Below, piece after piece: positions 1 through 11,206 of a stretch of 64,000 nt of DNA. The stretch comes from Eledone cirrhosa. Taxonomy: Eukaryota. Each line of letters begins with the position of its first letter. Within the stretch, counting starts at the first letter, position 1. Position numbers and translations under genes: made by a program. The notes below the pieces were generated by a model. It was given only the letters and a program-made list of their open reading frames with translations, made no database searches and was not told the DNA's origin. The stretch spans positions 19,220,001-19,284,000 of the forward strand of contig OZ024746.1 of the NCBI GenBank assembly GCA_964016885.1, in the 5' to 3' direction.

Positions 1-194
1 ACTAAAAGTAAGCAAATATGTTTGACCAAACTAAAACTATCACAGTCTATACCGTTGGATAGAACAATGCTATATAACATCCCACAGTTCAAATCTATAG
101 ACCTACTTACATATTAGACTTACATGTTCTCATGTCTTGAGACACATGAGGCAGTTAAAGTGCTCTAATGACCACAGTCACATTTATCAATACA

Positions 195-445
195 TCATTC
201 CAACTTTTGTTGAAGGGATTTAGGTCCTTGTCGATTGTCTACAGCCAGTGCAACTTGAGACGTCCTCTGCAGCTCTTTCCATGGGGGGCACCAATACAAA
301 ACCTGATTCCTTATTAGTACGTCTCTCACTTGGGAGTCATGTGATGTGTCCCAATCAGCTAAGTTGACACTTACACATGATGTTAGACAAACGTTGTTGA
401 TGGACTTCTTTGTTGGTGATGAAGTCATCCCATATTAGCTGCAGA
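195..445 (-). mobile_element. Decayed RTE-type LINE, 3' end of ORF
   Basis: Minus-strand translation across stops and frameshifts gives WDDFITNKEV...LGHIT.LP...RGRLKLHW, matching the RTE C-terminal pattern (W.D.ITN.EV / LGH..R / RGRP...W). Confidence 0.65.
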
Positions 446-619
446 CATATACACATGCAGACCAATCCTTTATATCGATTAACTTGCTATTTGTTTTTTT
501 AAAAGGTTACTTCATATTTTTACATGTATTTCATGCACAAAATACACTATGCCCAGCGTAATAATCTTGTAATAATCTGAAAGCTGTACTTTTTCCTAAC
601 ATTTTTTCATTTCTGGAAC

Positions 620-1165
620 TAGCTTGTTTTTCCTCCCTACCATGGACTGTATACACCTGAAAGCAATAATCTCCTTGTGTCACAAACCTCTGCTATATCA
701 TTTGAAGTTCAATATTCTCAGATCTGACCCACTACTTCTCAAACCATCATTAAATATTCTGCAAGCATTCTCCTTTCACTTCTTATACAATAATCCACTG
801 ATGAGACCTTCACCACATTCTTTCTCGTCATGTACAATCTATTTATATTTGTTTTAGGGTGTAAAACTCTGTACAATGTCATTAACTTCCTCATCTTTCT
901 ATCCAACTTTGTTGGTTCTTCTTCACTCCACCTGAGAATTGATGTACTATATCTAACCACTGCAACTTCCCAGATATTCATTGCAGTGACTAGATTTCTT
1001 GTATTCAGGTTGGATTTCAAAACTATTTTCGCTCTTTTTAAATGTCTCTCGAACTTTTTTTCATTTTAGCATGTAAAATATCATCAAGTTCTAACATCTC
1101 CAAATACTTGTATCCACCATCATCTGGTTCCCATGGTTTCTCCCGATGACAGTTGTAATCCACTA
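620..1165 (-). mobile_element. R4/Dong-like non-LTR retrotransposon fragment (end of RT and thumb)
   Basis: GYKYLEMLE near 1090-1120, then KSNLNTRNLVTAMNIWEVAVVRYS...W.EEE..KLDRKMRKLMT.YR.LHPKTNINRLY. This resembles the R4-clade LN..N.I.AINTWAV..RYS...LDRKTRK..LHP...RLY motif. Frameshifted. Confidence 0.7.
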
Positions 1166-1600
1166 TAGCTGCTTTTTTCCCTCTTTTCATATTGAGCACA
1201 GAGTATTTGGAAATGGTTGGCGAGGAACAGTTTAACCAAAGAGTTGAAGAGAAGGGAAAAGAAGACCTTGGGAGGAGAATACCAGCATATTAGGGTCAAT
1301 CTCATTGAAACTCCAAGACTTCGTAAAGCAGTTAGAAATACCATGCAAGATTGGTGTCCTACAAAAATCAACCTCGCGAGGCACTGCACACATTTTAAGG
1401 AAAGTAATATCTGAGGTTCTTATTGTGATTTGACAGATGACTAAATACTCCAGTGCATTTTCCATCTACCTTATGTGACAAAGTTATAACAATAATAAAG
1501 CATCAGTAATGCACTGGGGTCGATTTAATTGACATTCCCCTCCCAAAAAATTGTCAAAACTTGTGCATAAATCAGAAACCATTATTTACTAAACCCTTGA

Positions 1601-1794
1601 TGGCTGTGTGGGGAATTGGCAGTATCGGTAGAGGGTTGGATGCCATATTTTCTAGCATAGTTACATCCCTTTACAGTCAGAGTTCAAATCTTGGCGAGGT
1701 TAACTTTGCCTTTCATCCTTACGGGGGTCGATAAAATAAAGTACCAGTAATGTACTGGGTAATTGCTGGCCTTGTGCCTAAAGTAGAAACAATC
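1601..1794 (+). mobile_element. tRNA-derived SINE (Meta-domain-like core); representative of about 15 copies in the window
   Basis: A/B-box-like head (tggcagtatcggt...gagttcaaatc), core gaggttaactttgcctttcatccttacggggtcgataaaataaagtaccag, flanked by near-direct repeat atttactaaacccYtga. Other copies at about 6400, 13170, 14575, 16400, 16600, 17015, 17650, 18957, 30020, 36025, 40100, 40885, 41137, 44485, 50620 and 63755. Confidence 0.85.
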
Positions 1795-2747
1795 ATTTAC
1801 TAAACCCCTGAAGGTTGTGATATTGTCTATTCCTGACATTTAGATAAACTGGAGCACTTGGAATTTCATGAATTTCTCAAATCCACAATTCAATGCTGAC
1901 AGAACTCAAGACATGAGTTAATAGTCCAAAACTATGTCAAAGGGAGGGGGGGGACAAGGGGTTGTTCCCAGCGAAAAGACCCAGAGTTCAGCACACACAC
2001 ATGCGAGCAACTGAGCAGTTTGTCAAAGACGATATTCTCAATGGACACACTTACAATATTTGAATATAACTGAACCGTCATGTCATTTAATTTGAAAAGT
2101 GGAGCAAAGTAAAAGGAAAATAGTGAATTTGGAGTTTTTTTCCAATACCAGACTTAGTTTTCCAGGATTTATACTCATTTTTTTTTTTTTCTTCAAAAGG
2201 ATGGAGGCGTTTTATCTCCTCATGAAACTGACATTACTTAATGATGATCGTCATCTATGGCTTATTCATATGTATTATTTCATAACTCTATAGAACTATT
2301 AGAATGTTTGTGCAGTGTTCTGTGTCCAGCCAGGTTTGTACAACAGGTAAGAAAAATGATGATTCGGTGACAGTTTCTTCTGATAGGAGCCTCTTCCACG
2401 TCGGAAGATCGAAGTGTGTTTTCTTGTCTTCTTCAATACTTTCATAAATGGCTTCGGAGATTTAAAACTTATGTTTCAATTGGTGCTTCCATTTCCACAC
2501 GGTTCTATTGTCTTATTTACAAAAATATATATTTCTATATATTTCTTTATTTATTTCTCTTCTTTTAGAATATAGCGAGTTGTCACCAGTGATGTTTGAA
2601 GTTCTTTATTTTCCTCTTTCTCATCTATCATTCGGGAATATTTTTGTAATTCCTGTATGATATAGAGAACCAATTTAGATCTCATCCTGTGGAAGTATTT
2701 TATTTCAACATACTCGAATTTAAACCGTGGATCTGTGCAAACTTTAA

Positions 2748-2778
<31 letters not shown>

Positions 2779-3049
2779 TATGAAAAAACAAATTCAGTGT
2801 TTGAAGAATTAAAGTGTATTTATTCATACTTTAAATATAATTCATTTATATGAATTATATTTAAAGTATGAAGAATATGCACGAGAGGCGCCATTGTTTA
2901 CTGACTCCCTTTTTTCTTTTGTTTAAAAATTTCTAAAGATCTTTTCTTGATGTAAGTCCCTTTCTCAATGGTTTAAATACATCTGTAGAGATGCACTGTA
3001 GTTATAAACAGTTTGTAAACGTTGCTGTTGCTGTTACTTGGAGCGGCAA

Positions 3050-4323
3050 CGGCCACCAAGCTCTCTTTCTGTTGAGGAACTGCTTCACCATGCCAAAGCT
3101 CCTCTATACACTCCGCAGCGGTCCATGCTACACCCAGACATCTTTCTTCGCTGACCTCGATACTTGTATCCGAGCAGCAGCTGAGGGGATATGCAACGTC
3201 AAGTTTGATGACATAGGATGGCAACAGGCCACTTTACCAGTCAGGTATGGCGGCCTAGGCCTCCGGTTCCCGATCTCACTAGCTTTGCCGGCGTATCTTT
3301 CGTCGGTAACCTCGCGCCGCGTCCTCGTCAGCAGGGTTCTTCAAAACACAAAGGACCCTCTGTGACAGAACGTAAGGCCGCCTGTGAGACGTGGGACCGG
3401 CTGGTACTTAGCCCAGTAGACGTCCCTCCTCCTTCTCCCTCTATTGACGTCAAGTCCCCCCAACGCACTTGGAATGCCATCCAGTGCAGCCTGGCCTCAG
3501 ACAGGCTCACGCGCCAGCTCGACCAGCACCGCCTTGCTTGTTTTCTTGCGGCCTCCAAACCCCACAGTGGTGCCTGGCTCCATGCTCTGCCCTCCTTCTC
3601 CACTGGCACGCAGCTAGACAACCATAGCCTGCAAATTAGCGTTTCTCTGAGGCTCGGCCTCCGGATCTGCCAGCCACACCAATGTCGCTGCGGTTTCACC
3701 GTTGACTCTTTCGGCCTCCACCCACTTTCCTGTCGCCATACTGCCCTCAACGAGTTTATTAAGCATGGCTTGGATGCTGCAGGTTTCCCTTCCCAACTCG
3801 AGCCGGTGGGGCTGGATCGAGGGGACAGCAAAAAGCCAGATGGCATGACCATCTTCCCGTTCTGCGGTGGCAAGCCCCTCGTCTGGGATGCCACTTGCAC
3901 CGACACTTTTTGCAGCCACAACCTGGTGCAGTCTGCGACTGACCCAGGTTCTGCTGCACATCAGGCTGAGGGGGCCAAACTCCTCAAATACCGGTCGCGC
4001 TCCGACAGGTTTGCGGTCGTTCCCCTGGCAGTGGAAACTTCTGGTGTCCTCGGCCCAAGGGCTACCTCCTTACTCTGGCCAGCCGTAGGTGTGAGCCCCG
4101 CGAGTTGGAGTGGCTTTTCCAGCATGTCTCCCTTGCCGTCCTCCGGGGAAACGCCTTCTCCATTCTGTCCGCCGGGGCTGTGGGTGGACCCCATCGCGTA
4201 CCAATACATTAGTTAAATACCATTCTTTCATCTGATACAACACAATAAAGTCTGTATATATTAAATAAAAAAATAAATAAATAAATAAAAATAAATGTGG
4301 AAAAAAAAAAAAAAAAAAAAAAA
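3050..4323 (+). mobile_element. 5'-truncated CRE-clade non-LTR retrotransposon (RT thumb, CCHC, restriction-like endonuclease) with poly(A) tail
   Basis: HQALFLLRNCFTMPKLLYTLR, QATLPVRYGGLGLR, SGAWLHALP, C.CG..VD..GLH.LSC, EP.GL.RGD.KKPDG.T..P...GKPLVWDAT, PLAVETSG, WLFQHVSLAVLRGNA. AATAAA and A-rich tail at 4245-4323. Frameshifts and small deletions; visibly GC-richer than the flanks. Confidence 0.85.
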
Positions 4324-4373
4324 TTTGTTTTCAAGCAAACAAATGTGATGTAAGCTGATGTATAACCCGATCT

Positions 4374-4513
4374 ATAATAGCTGTAGTTGAAGTAAACCAA
4401 GAAAGACTTGTAAAGTAGACCAAACCCAAGTATATCAAACATGGTGGATAATAGCTGTAGTTGAAGTAAACCAAGAAAGACTTGTAAAGTAGACCAAACC
4501 CAAGTATGTCAAA
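4374..4513. repeat. Two-copy direct duplication, about 66 bp
   Basis: ataatagctgtagttgaagtaaaccaagaaagacttgtaaagtagaccaaacccaagtatRtcaaac occurs twice in tandem. Confidence 0.9.
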
Positions 4514-5682
4514 CCTCACATGATATCACATGAAAAACATGTCAAAGTTGTATTACAAGGTCAACCAGTTTAAATTAACAATGAAAAATTTAGCATTAAA
4601 AATGATTATGATGATGTTAAGTAGGGTTAAAAAAAAAAGAAGACTAGTTACACCCATTCTCACCAGGAGCAATGTGATTTAACAACAGCAAAAAAAAATA
4701 AAAAATAAAAAAAATAAAAATAAACTAAGGGTTCAAAATTACTTTTGTCTACAACGTTGAGTATACATACTTTTCAGAAAGTATTTTTAACTTCAAACAG
4801 TTCACAAGGACATTTTATATTACTAGAGTTCATCATCATCATCATCATCTTCGTTTAACGTCCATTTTCCACGCTAGCATGGGTTACATGTATAAATATG
4901 TAGTATATACATGTGTGTGCGCGTGCGTGTGCGCGTGCGTGTGCGTGTGCGTGTGCGCGTGTGCGCGCGTGCGTGGGCGCGTGTGCGTGGGCGTGTGTGT
5001 ATGTTTAGAACCCCGTTGGTCATGAATGACCATGGTTTGGCACCTAGAAAGTTCCCCTCTGAGGCACAAAACAGGGCAAGGTTTTTTTGTGGAAAACCAG
5101 CAATCACCCATGAAAACCATTCTCCCCTCTCCACACCACTGGTATTTTTCAAGGGAAAGGCCGATACAGCTTGGCACCAGTGGTGTCACAACTCATTTCT
5201 ACAGCTGAATGAACTGGAGCAACATGAAATAAAGGGGCTTGCTCAAGGAAACAACACACTGCCTAGTCCGAGAATTGAACTCACAACCTCGATAATGTAA
5301 ACCCAACTCTCTTACCACTAAACTATGTGTCTTCACTGTCATCATCATCATCATCATTTTACGTCCGCTTTTCCCTGCTTGCAAGGGTGGGATGTATGTA
5401 TAAAAATTAATATCCAGCCAGTCCATCCAGTAAGTTGCTGTGTTGGTGACAACAAAAAACACCCAGTCCACCCTGTAACGTAGTTACCATTGGGAAAGGC
5501 ATCCACCAGTAGAAACCAAGCCAAACTACAGATCCATATAAGAATTACATGGTCTCCAGAACTGACTTGTCTAATAACTTGATAACCTGTTTAACCCATG
5601 CAAGCATGGAAAATGAATATTAAATGATGACATACAAAGAAATACACATGTACACATATACAGACATGTTCACAAATGTGTG

Positions 5683-5736
<54 letters not shown>

Positions 5737-5917
5737 ATTTAATATAGAAACGGCTTTTGGGGCTTTCCTGACGATTTCTTTCGAATGAAACATTTCTAGT
5801 CCTGTAGATACATTTCTAGTCCTGTAATTTTGTATATACTCTACTAATGTATTGAGTACTTCACTTACTGTGGTTACCCTTGATTGAACCCATGACTCTC
5901 TCTCTCTCTCTCTCTCC

Positions 5918-5944
<27 letters not shown>

Positions 5945-5952
<8 letters not shown>

Positions 5953-6152
5953 GAACAAAGAATCAGTGTTGCATCGTATACATATTTAATTACATACGTT
6001 TCACTGCCGATCAGCTCAAGGAACAATTGATTAATGATCAATCCTGACTCAGAAATCAGAAGCTCCCGAGAAACGTGTTCACTTGTAGACTCGTGAATGA
6101 AACATATGTAATATGTATATGATGCAATACTGATTCTTTGTTCCCTTATATA
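5945..6152. mobile_element. Fold-back (MITE-like) element in (TA)n
   Basis: Inverted arms of about 55 bp: tataagggaacaaagaatcagtgttgcatc... / ...gatgcaatactgattctttgttcccttata. Confidence 0.7.
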
Positions 6153-7254
6153 TTATTATTGATACTCTGCTTCCCAGGAGCATCGAGTGCTCATCTTGGC
6201 ATACCGCCTACAGACGCAATTAATTTGCACCTCAAATACATACATACATATATATATATATAGTTACTGTCTAGTTATATATTGTTACTGTCTCTATCCA
6301 AGTGACATTACAGGTATACCTGTATTTATTACTGACTAATGCTTTATAGAGAAATGGTGCCACATCAAATTACTGTTAATAGTCATTTGCTAGTTGTCAA
6401 ATTAATTAGGCACAAGGCCAACAATTTTGGGGGAAGGGGAAAGTTGATTAAAACCATCCCCTGTATGTACTGGTACTTTATTTTATCAACTCCATCCGGA
6501 TGAAAGGCAAAGCTAAACTCAGTAGGATTTGAACTTATAACATAAAGGGACATAATTATGCTGCAAAGGATGGTATCCACCACTGATTCTGCCAATCTTC
6601 ACCCCTTGGTAGACTGGCAGTATCGGTAAAGTGTCGGACAATATGCTTTGCTGTATATAGTTATTTTCTATATCTATGTTATATACCAGTGGCATTGTTT
6701 AGTAATGACTAATGTTTTGAACAGATGGTACTATATCTTACTTGTGTTAAAATGTAGTCATTTGTTTAATAATGACTAAGAATTGTTGAAGTTAGTTTAA
6801 TAAAAAGAAACTATTAAGCCTTTTTTCCCCCCACATAAATAGCTCATAGTGTGTGGGAAGAGAGGGGTGGACAGTGAAGGTATGAGAGGCAGGGTGAGAG
6901 AAGGAGAAAGAGAAAGAATGAACAAGGAGAGAAAATGAGAGGGAGAGAAGGAGGGTAGAAAAAGAGAAAGTGGAGAGAGAAAGTGGAGAGAGAAAGAGGA
7001 GAGAGAAAGAGGAGAGAAAATGAGAGAAAATGACAGGGAGAGTGAGAGAAGGGGGAAGAGAGAGAATGAAAGAGAAGGAAGAAAATGAGAAAGAATTTTT
7101 TTTAAAGTGTGAGAAAGTCCTTGAGTGAAAGATGTGTATTACAGAGAAAATGGAAAATTACTTTGTTTGCTGATATAATTGAATGTCTTGTCTTTCTGTT
7201 AGTTAATAAACTACTGTGTATATTTTAACTATTGTCACTTATGAGCTTCTAACC

Positions 7255-7652
7255 CATGAAGTCAGCAACTAAACAGGGTCCCCCACCAGACCCTGGTCTG
7301 GGAGGAGGGTATGTGGAACCCCAGCAGCACAAAAAACAAGAGCTGTTAAAAGGCCAAATGAATTCCTCAGAGTCAACAACCATCCAACCCAACTCTGGGT
7401 TAAATAACCTCACCAACCTTGGTTCCCTCACCAGACCCTGGTTAAAAGGGTGGATGAATTCCTCAGAGTCAACAGCCCTCCACCTCAACTATGGGTTAAA
7501 TAGCTTTATCAATCTGCAATTGGCCAAGCATGCTGAGTATGGCTACATCCCTGACATGACCGAAACCAAATAGAAAGTGGTGGAGGTCAACCAGAGAGGG
7601 GTTCCTTTAACTGGAGTGAGAAGGCTCTGGATTGAATTGGATTGGATTAGAA
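7255..7652 (+). mobile_element. Interspersed retroposon-like repeat with (GGATT)n tail
   Basis: Homologous copies on the minus strand at about 42645-42910 and 50145-50480. Shared core gtggaaccccagcagcacaaaa...gagtcaa...ggtcaaccag...ggagtgagaagg. Confidence 0.65.
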
Positions 7653-7829
7653 CCCATAAAGTAGAAGTTTGTTTAGAGTAACGACCACATTAATTTCTTA
7701 TATTAGCTCAATGTAAAGAATTTTGGAGAAGAATTTAGTTGAATAATTTGACTTCCATACAGACCTTATTTTGTCAAGCCTCTTGATGAATGAAAGGCAA
7801 AAATAAACAACAGGAGAATATCAACTTAA

Positions 7830-8044
7830 CCCTTTAACATTTACATTACTCTATATTTACTATTGTATTTTCACAGTAAACACTTTATTTCACACAATAT
7901 CTCATAATATCGAATCTACGAGATTTTGATATTTATTTTAAGAACAATACCTTGACATAGATATAAGTAGCCAGTTATGGTCAGTTTGAACCGGAAGAGG
8001 TGAGAGAATTCTGGCCAGATATGGTCAGTTTAAATGCTAAAGGG
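7830..8044. mobile_element. piggyBac-like MITE
   Basis: TTAA|CCCTTTAACATTT...AAATGCTAAAGGG|TTAA. Related copies at about 49670-49887 and 59832-60036. Confidence 0.8.
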
Positions 8045-8272
8045 TTAAGGCACAGAAGGATAAAAGTAAAGAGAGTAAAATATTTAGTTTGGTGTTTTCC
8101 TGTTTCTGTTATACCATTACTCCAGAAAGGTAACTGTGTAATATTATTCATAATCATTCACTCTTTTACTTGTTTTAGTCATTAGACTGTGGCCATGCTG
8201 GTGCATCACTTTGAAGGGATTTAGCTCATCACATTAGACAAGGTGCCAGGCAGTGGAATTGAATTCCAAAAT

Positions 8273-10830
8273 ACAAGAAACTGGAATATATACACAAGAA
8301 ACTGGAATATATACACAAGAAACTGGAATATATACACAAGAAACTGGAATATATACACAAGAAACTGGAATATATACACAAGAAACTGGAATATATACAC
8401 AAGAAACTGGAATATATACACAAGAAACTGGAATATATACACAAGAAACTGGAATATATACACAAGAAACTGGAATATATACACAAGAAACTGGAATATA
8501 TACACAAGAAACTGGAATATATACACAAGAAACTGGAATATATACACAAGAGGCTGGAATATATACACAAGAGGCTGGAATATATACACAAGAGGCTGGA
8601 ATACATACACAAGAGGCTGGAATACATACACAAGAGGCTGGAATATATACACAAGAGGCTGGAATACATACACAAGAGGTTGGAATACATACACAAGAGG
8701 TTGGAATACATACACAAGAGGTTGGAATACATACACAAGAGGTTGGAATATATACACAAGAGGTTGGAATATATACACAAGAGGTTGGAATATATACACA
8801 AGAGGTTGGAATACATACACAAGAGGTTGGAATACATACACAAGAGGTTGGAATACATACACAAGAGGTTGGAATACATACACAAGAGGTTGGAATATAT
8901 ACACAAGAGGTTGGAATATATACACAAGAGGTTGGAATATATACACAAGAGGTTGGAATACATACACAAGAGGTTGGAATACATACACAAGAGGCTGGAA
9001 TATATACACAAGAGGTTGGAATACATACACAAGAGGTTGGAATATATACACAAGAGGTTGGAATATATACACAAGAGGCTGGAATATATACACAAGAGGC
9101 TGGAATATATACACAAGAGGTTGGAATACATACACAAGAGGTTGGAATATATACACAAGAGGTTGGAATACATACACAAGAGGTTGGAATATATACACAA
9201 GAGGTTGGAATATATACACAAGAGGTTGGAATACATACACAAGAGGTTGGAATATATACACAAGAGGTTGGAATATATACACAAGAGGTTGGAATACATA
9301 CACAAGAGGTTGGAATACATACACAAGAGGTTGGAATATATACACAAGAGGTTGGAATATATACACAAGAGGTTGGAATACATACACAAGAGGTTGGAAT
9401 ACATACACAAGAGGCTGGAATATATACACAAGAGGCTGGAATATATACACAAGAGGCTGGAATATATACACAAGAGGCTGGAATACATACACAAGAGGCT
9501 GGAATACATACACAAGAGGCTGGAATACATACACAAGAAACTGGAATATATACACAAGAGGTTGGAATATATACACAAGAGGTTGGAATATATACACAAG
9601 AGGTTGGAATATATACACAAGAGGTTGGAATATATACACAAGAGGCTGGAATATATACACAAGAGGCTGGAATATATACACAAGAGGCTGGAATATATAC
9701 ACAAGAGGTTGGAATATATACACAAGAGGTTGGAATATATACACAAGAGGCTGGAATATATACACAAGAGGTTGGAATATATACACAAGAAACTGGAATA
9801 TATACACAAGAAACTGGAATATATACACAAGAGGTTGGAATATATACACAAGAGGTTGGAATATATACACAAGAGGTTGGAATATATACACAAGAGGTTG
9901 GAATATATACACAAGAGGTTGGAATATATACACAAGAGGTTGGAATATATACACAAGAGGTTGGAATATATACACAAGAGGTTGGAATATATACACAAGA
10001 GGTTGGAATATATACACAAGAGGTTGGAATATATACACAAGAGGTTGGAATATATACACAAGAGGTTGGAATATATACACAAGAGGTTGGAATATATACA
10101 CAAGAGGTTGGAATATATACACAAGAGGTTGGAATATATACACAAGAGGTTGGAATATATACACAAGAGGCTGGAATATATACACAAGAGGCTGGAATAT
10201 ATACACAAGAGGTTGGAATATATACACAAGAGTTTGGAATATATACACAAGAGGCTGGAATATATACACAAGAGGCTGGAATATATACACAAGAGGCTGG
10301 AATATATACACAAGAGGTTGGAATATATACACAAGAGGTTGGAATATATACACAAGAGGTTGGAATATATACACAAGAGGTTGGAATATATACACAAGAG
10401 GTTGGAATATATACACAAGAGGTTGGAATATATACACAAGAGGCTGGAGTATATACACAAGAGGCTGGAGTATATATACACAAGAGGCTGGAGTATATAT
10501 ACACAAGAGGCTGGAATATATACACAAGAGGCTGGAGTATATATACACAAGAGGCTGGAGTATATATACACAAGAGGCTGGAGTATATATACACAAGAGG
10601 CTGGAGTATATATACACAAGAGGCTGGAGTATATATACACAAGAGGCTGGAGTATATATACACAAGAGGCTGGAATATATACACAAGAGGCTGGAATATA
10701 TACACAAGAGGCTGGAATATATACACAAGAGGCTGGAATATATACACAAGAGGCTGGAATATATACACAAGAGGTTGGAATATATACACAAGAGGTTGGA
10801 ATATATACACAAGAGGCTGGAATATATATA
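8273..10830. repeat. 21-bp minisatellite, about 120 units
   Basis: Unit acaagaggYtggaataYatac, with an aaactgg variant at the left end and a 23-bp variant (ggagtatatatac) at about 10460-10660. Confidence 0.97.
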
Positions 10831-10964
10831 CCACAAAACATTTCATTCTATACTTTAACACTTCTGTCTATTTGCCACACACTTGGAGGTTAGAGGCTGG
10901 GGTTCAATACTAACTGGTCTGTGACAATATGTCTAACTCTTGCAACAGGGAAAACTGACATTAA

Positions 10965-11206
10965 ATGATGATGATGGTGACGGTGGTGATGGTGGTGATG
11001 GTAATGAGGGTGATGATGATGACGAAGTTGCGGGTGGTGGTGGTGGTGGTGGTGGTGGTGGTGGTGGTGATGATGGTGGTGATGATGGTGGTGGTGATGG
11101 TGGTGGTGGTGATGATGGTGGTGGTGATGATGGTGGTGGTGGTGATGGTAGTGGTGGTGATGGTAGTGATGGTAGTGATGGTAGTGATGGTAGTGATGGT
11201 AGTGAT
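10965..11206 (+). repeat. (GAT/GGT)n trinucleotide microsatellite expanded from a retroposon tail
   Basis: Directly follows the RTE/SINE-type 3' end gcaacagggaaaactgacattaaatgatgatg. Confidence 0.9.

Noticed and set aside
8221-10913. Six overlapping ORFs of 737-886 aa
   Set aside because: Artefact of a stop-free 21-bp minisatellite; all frames are open, with no splice or homology support.
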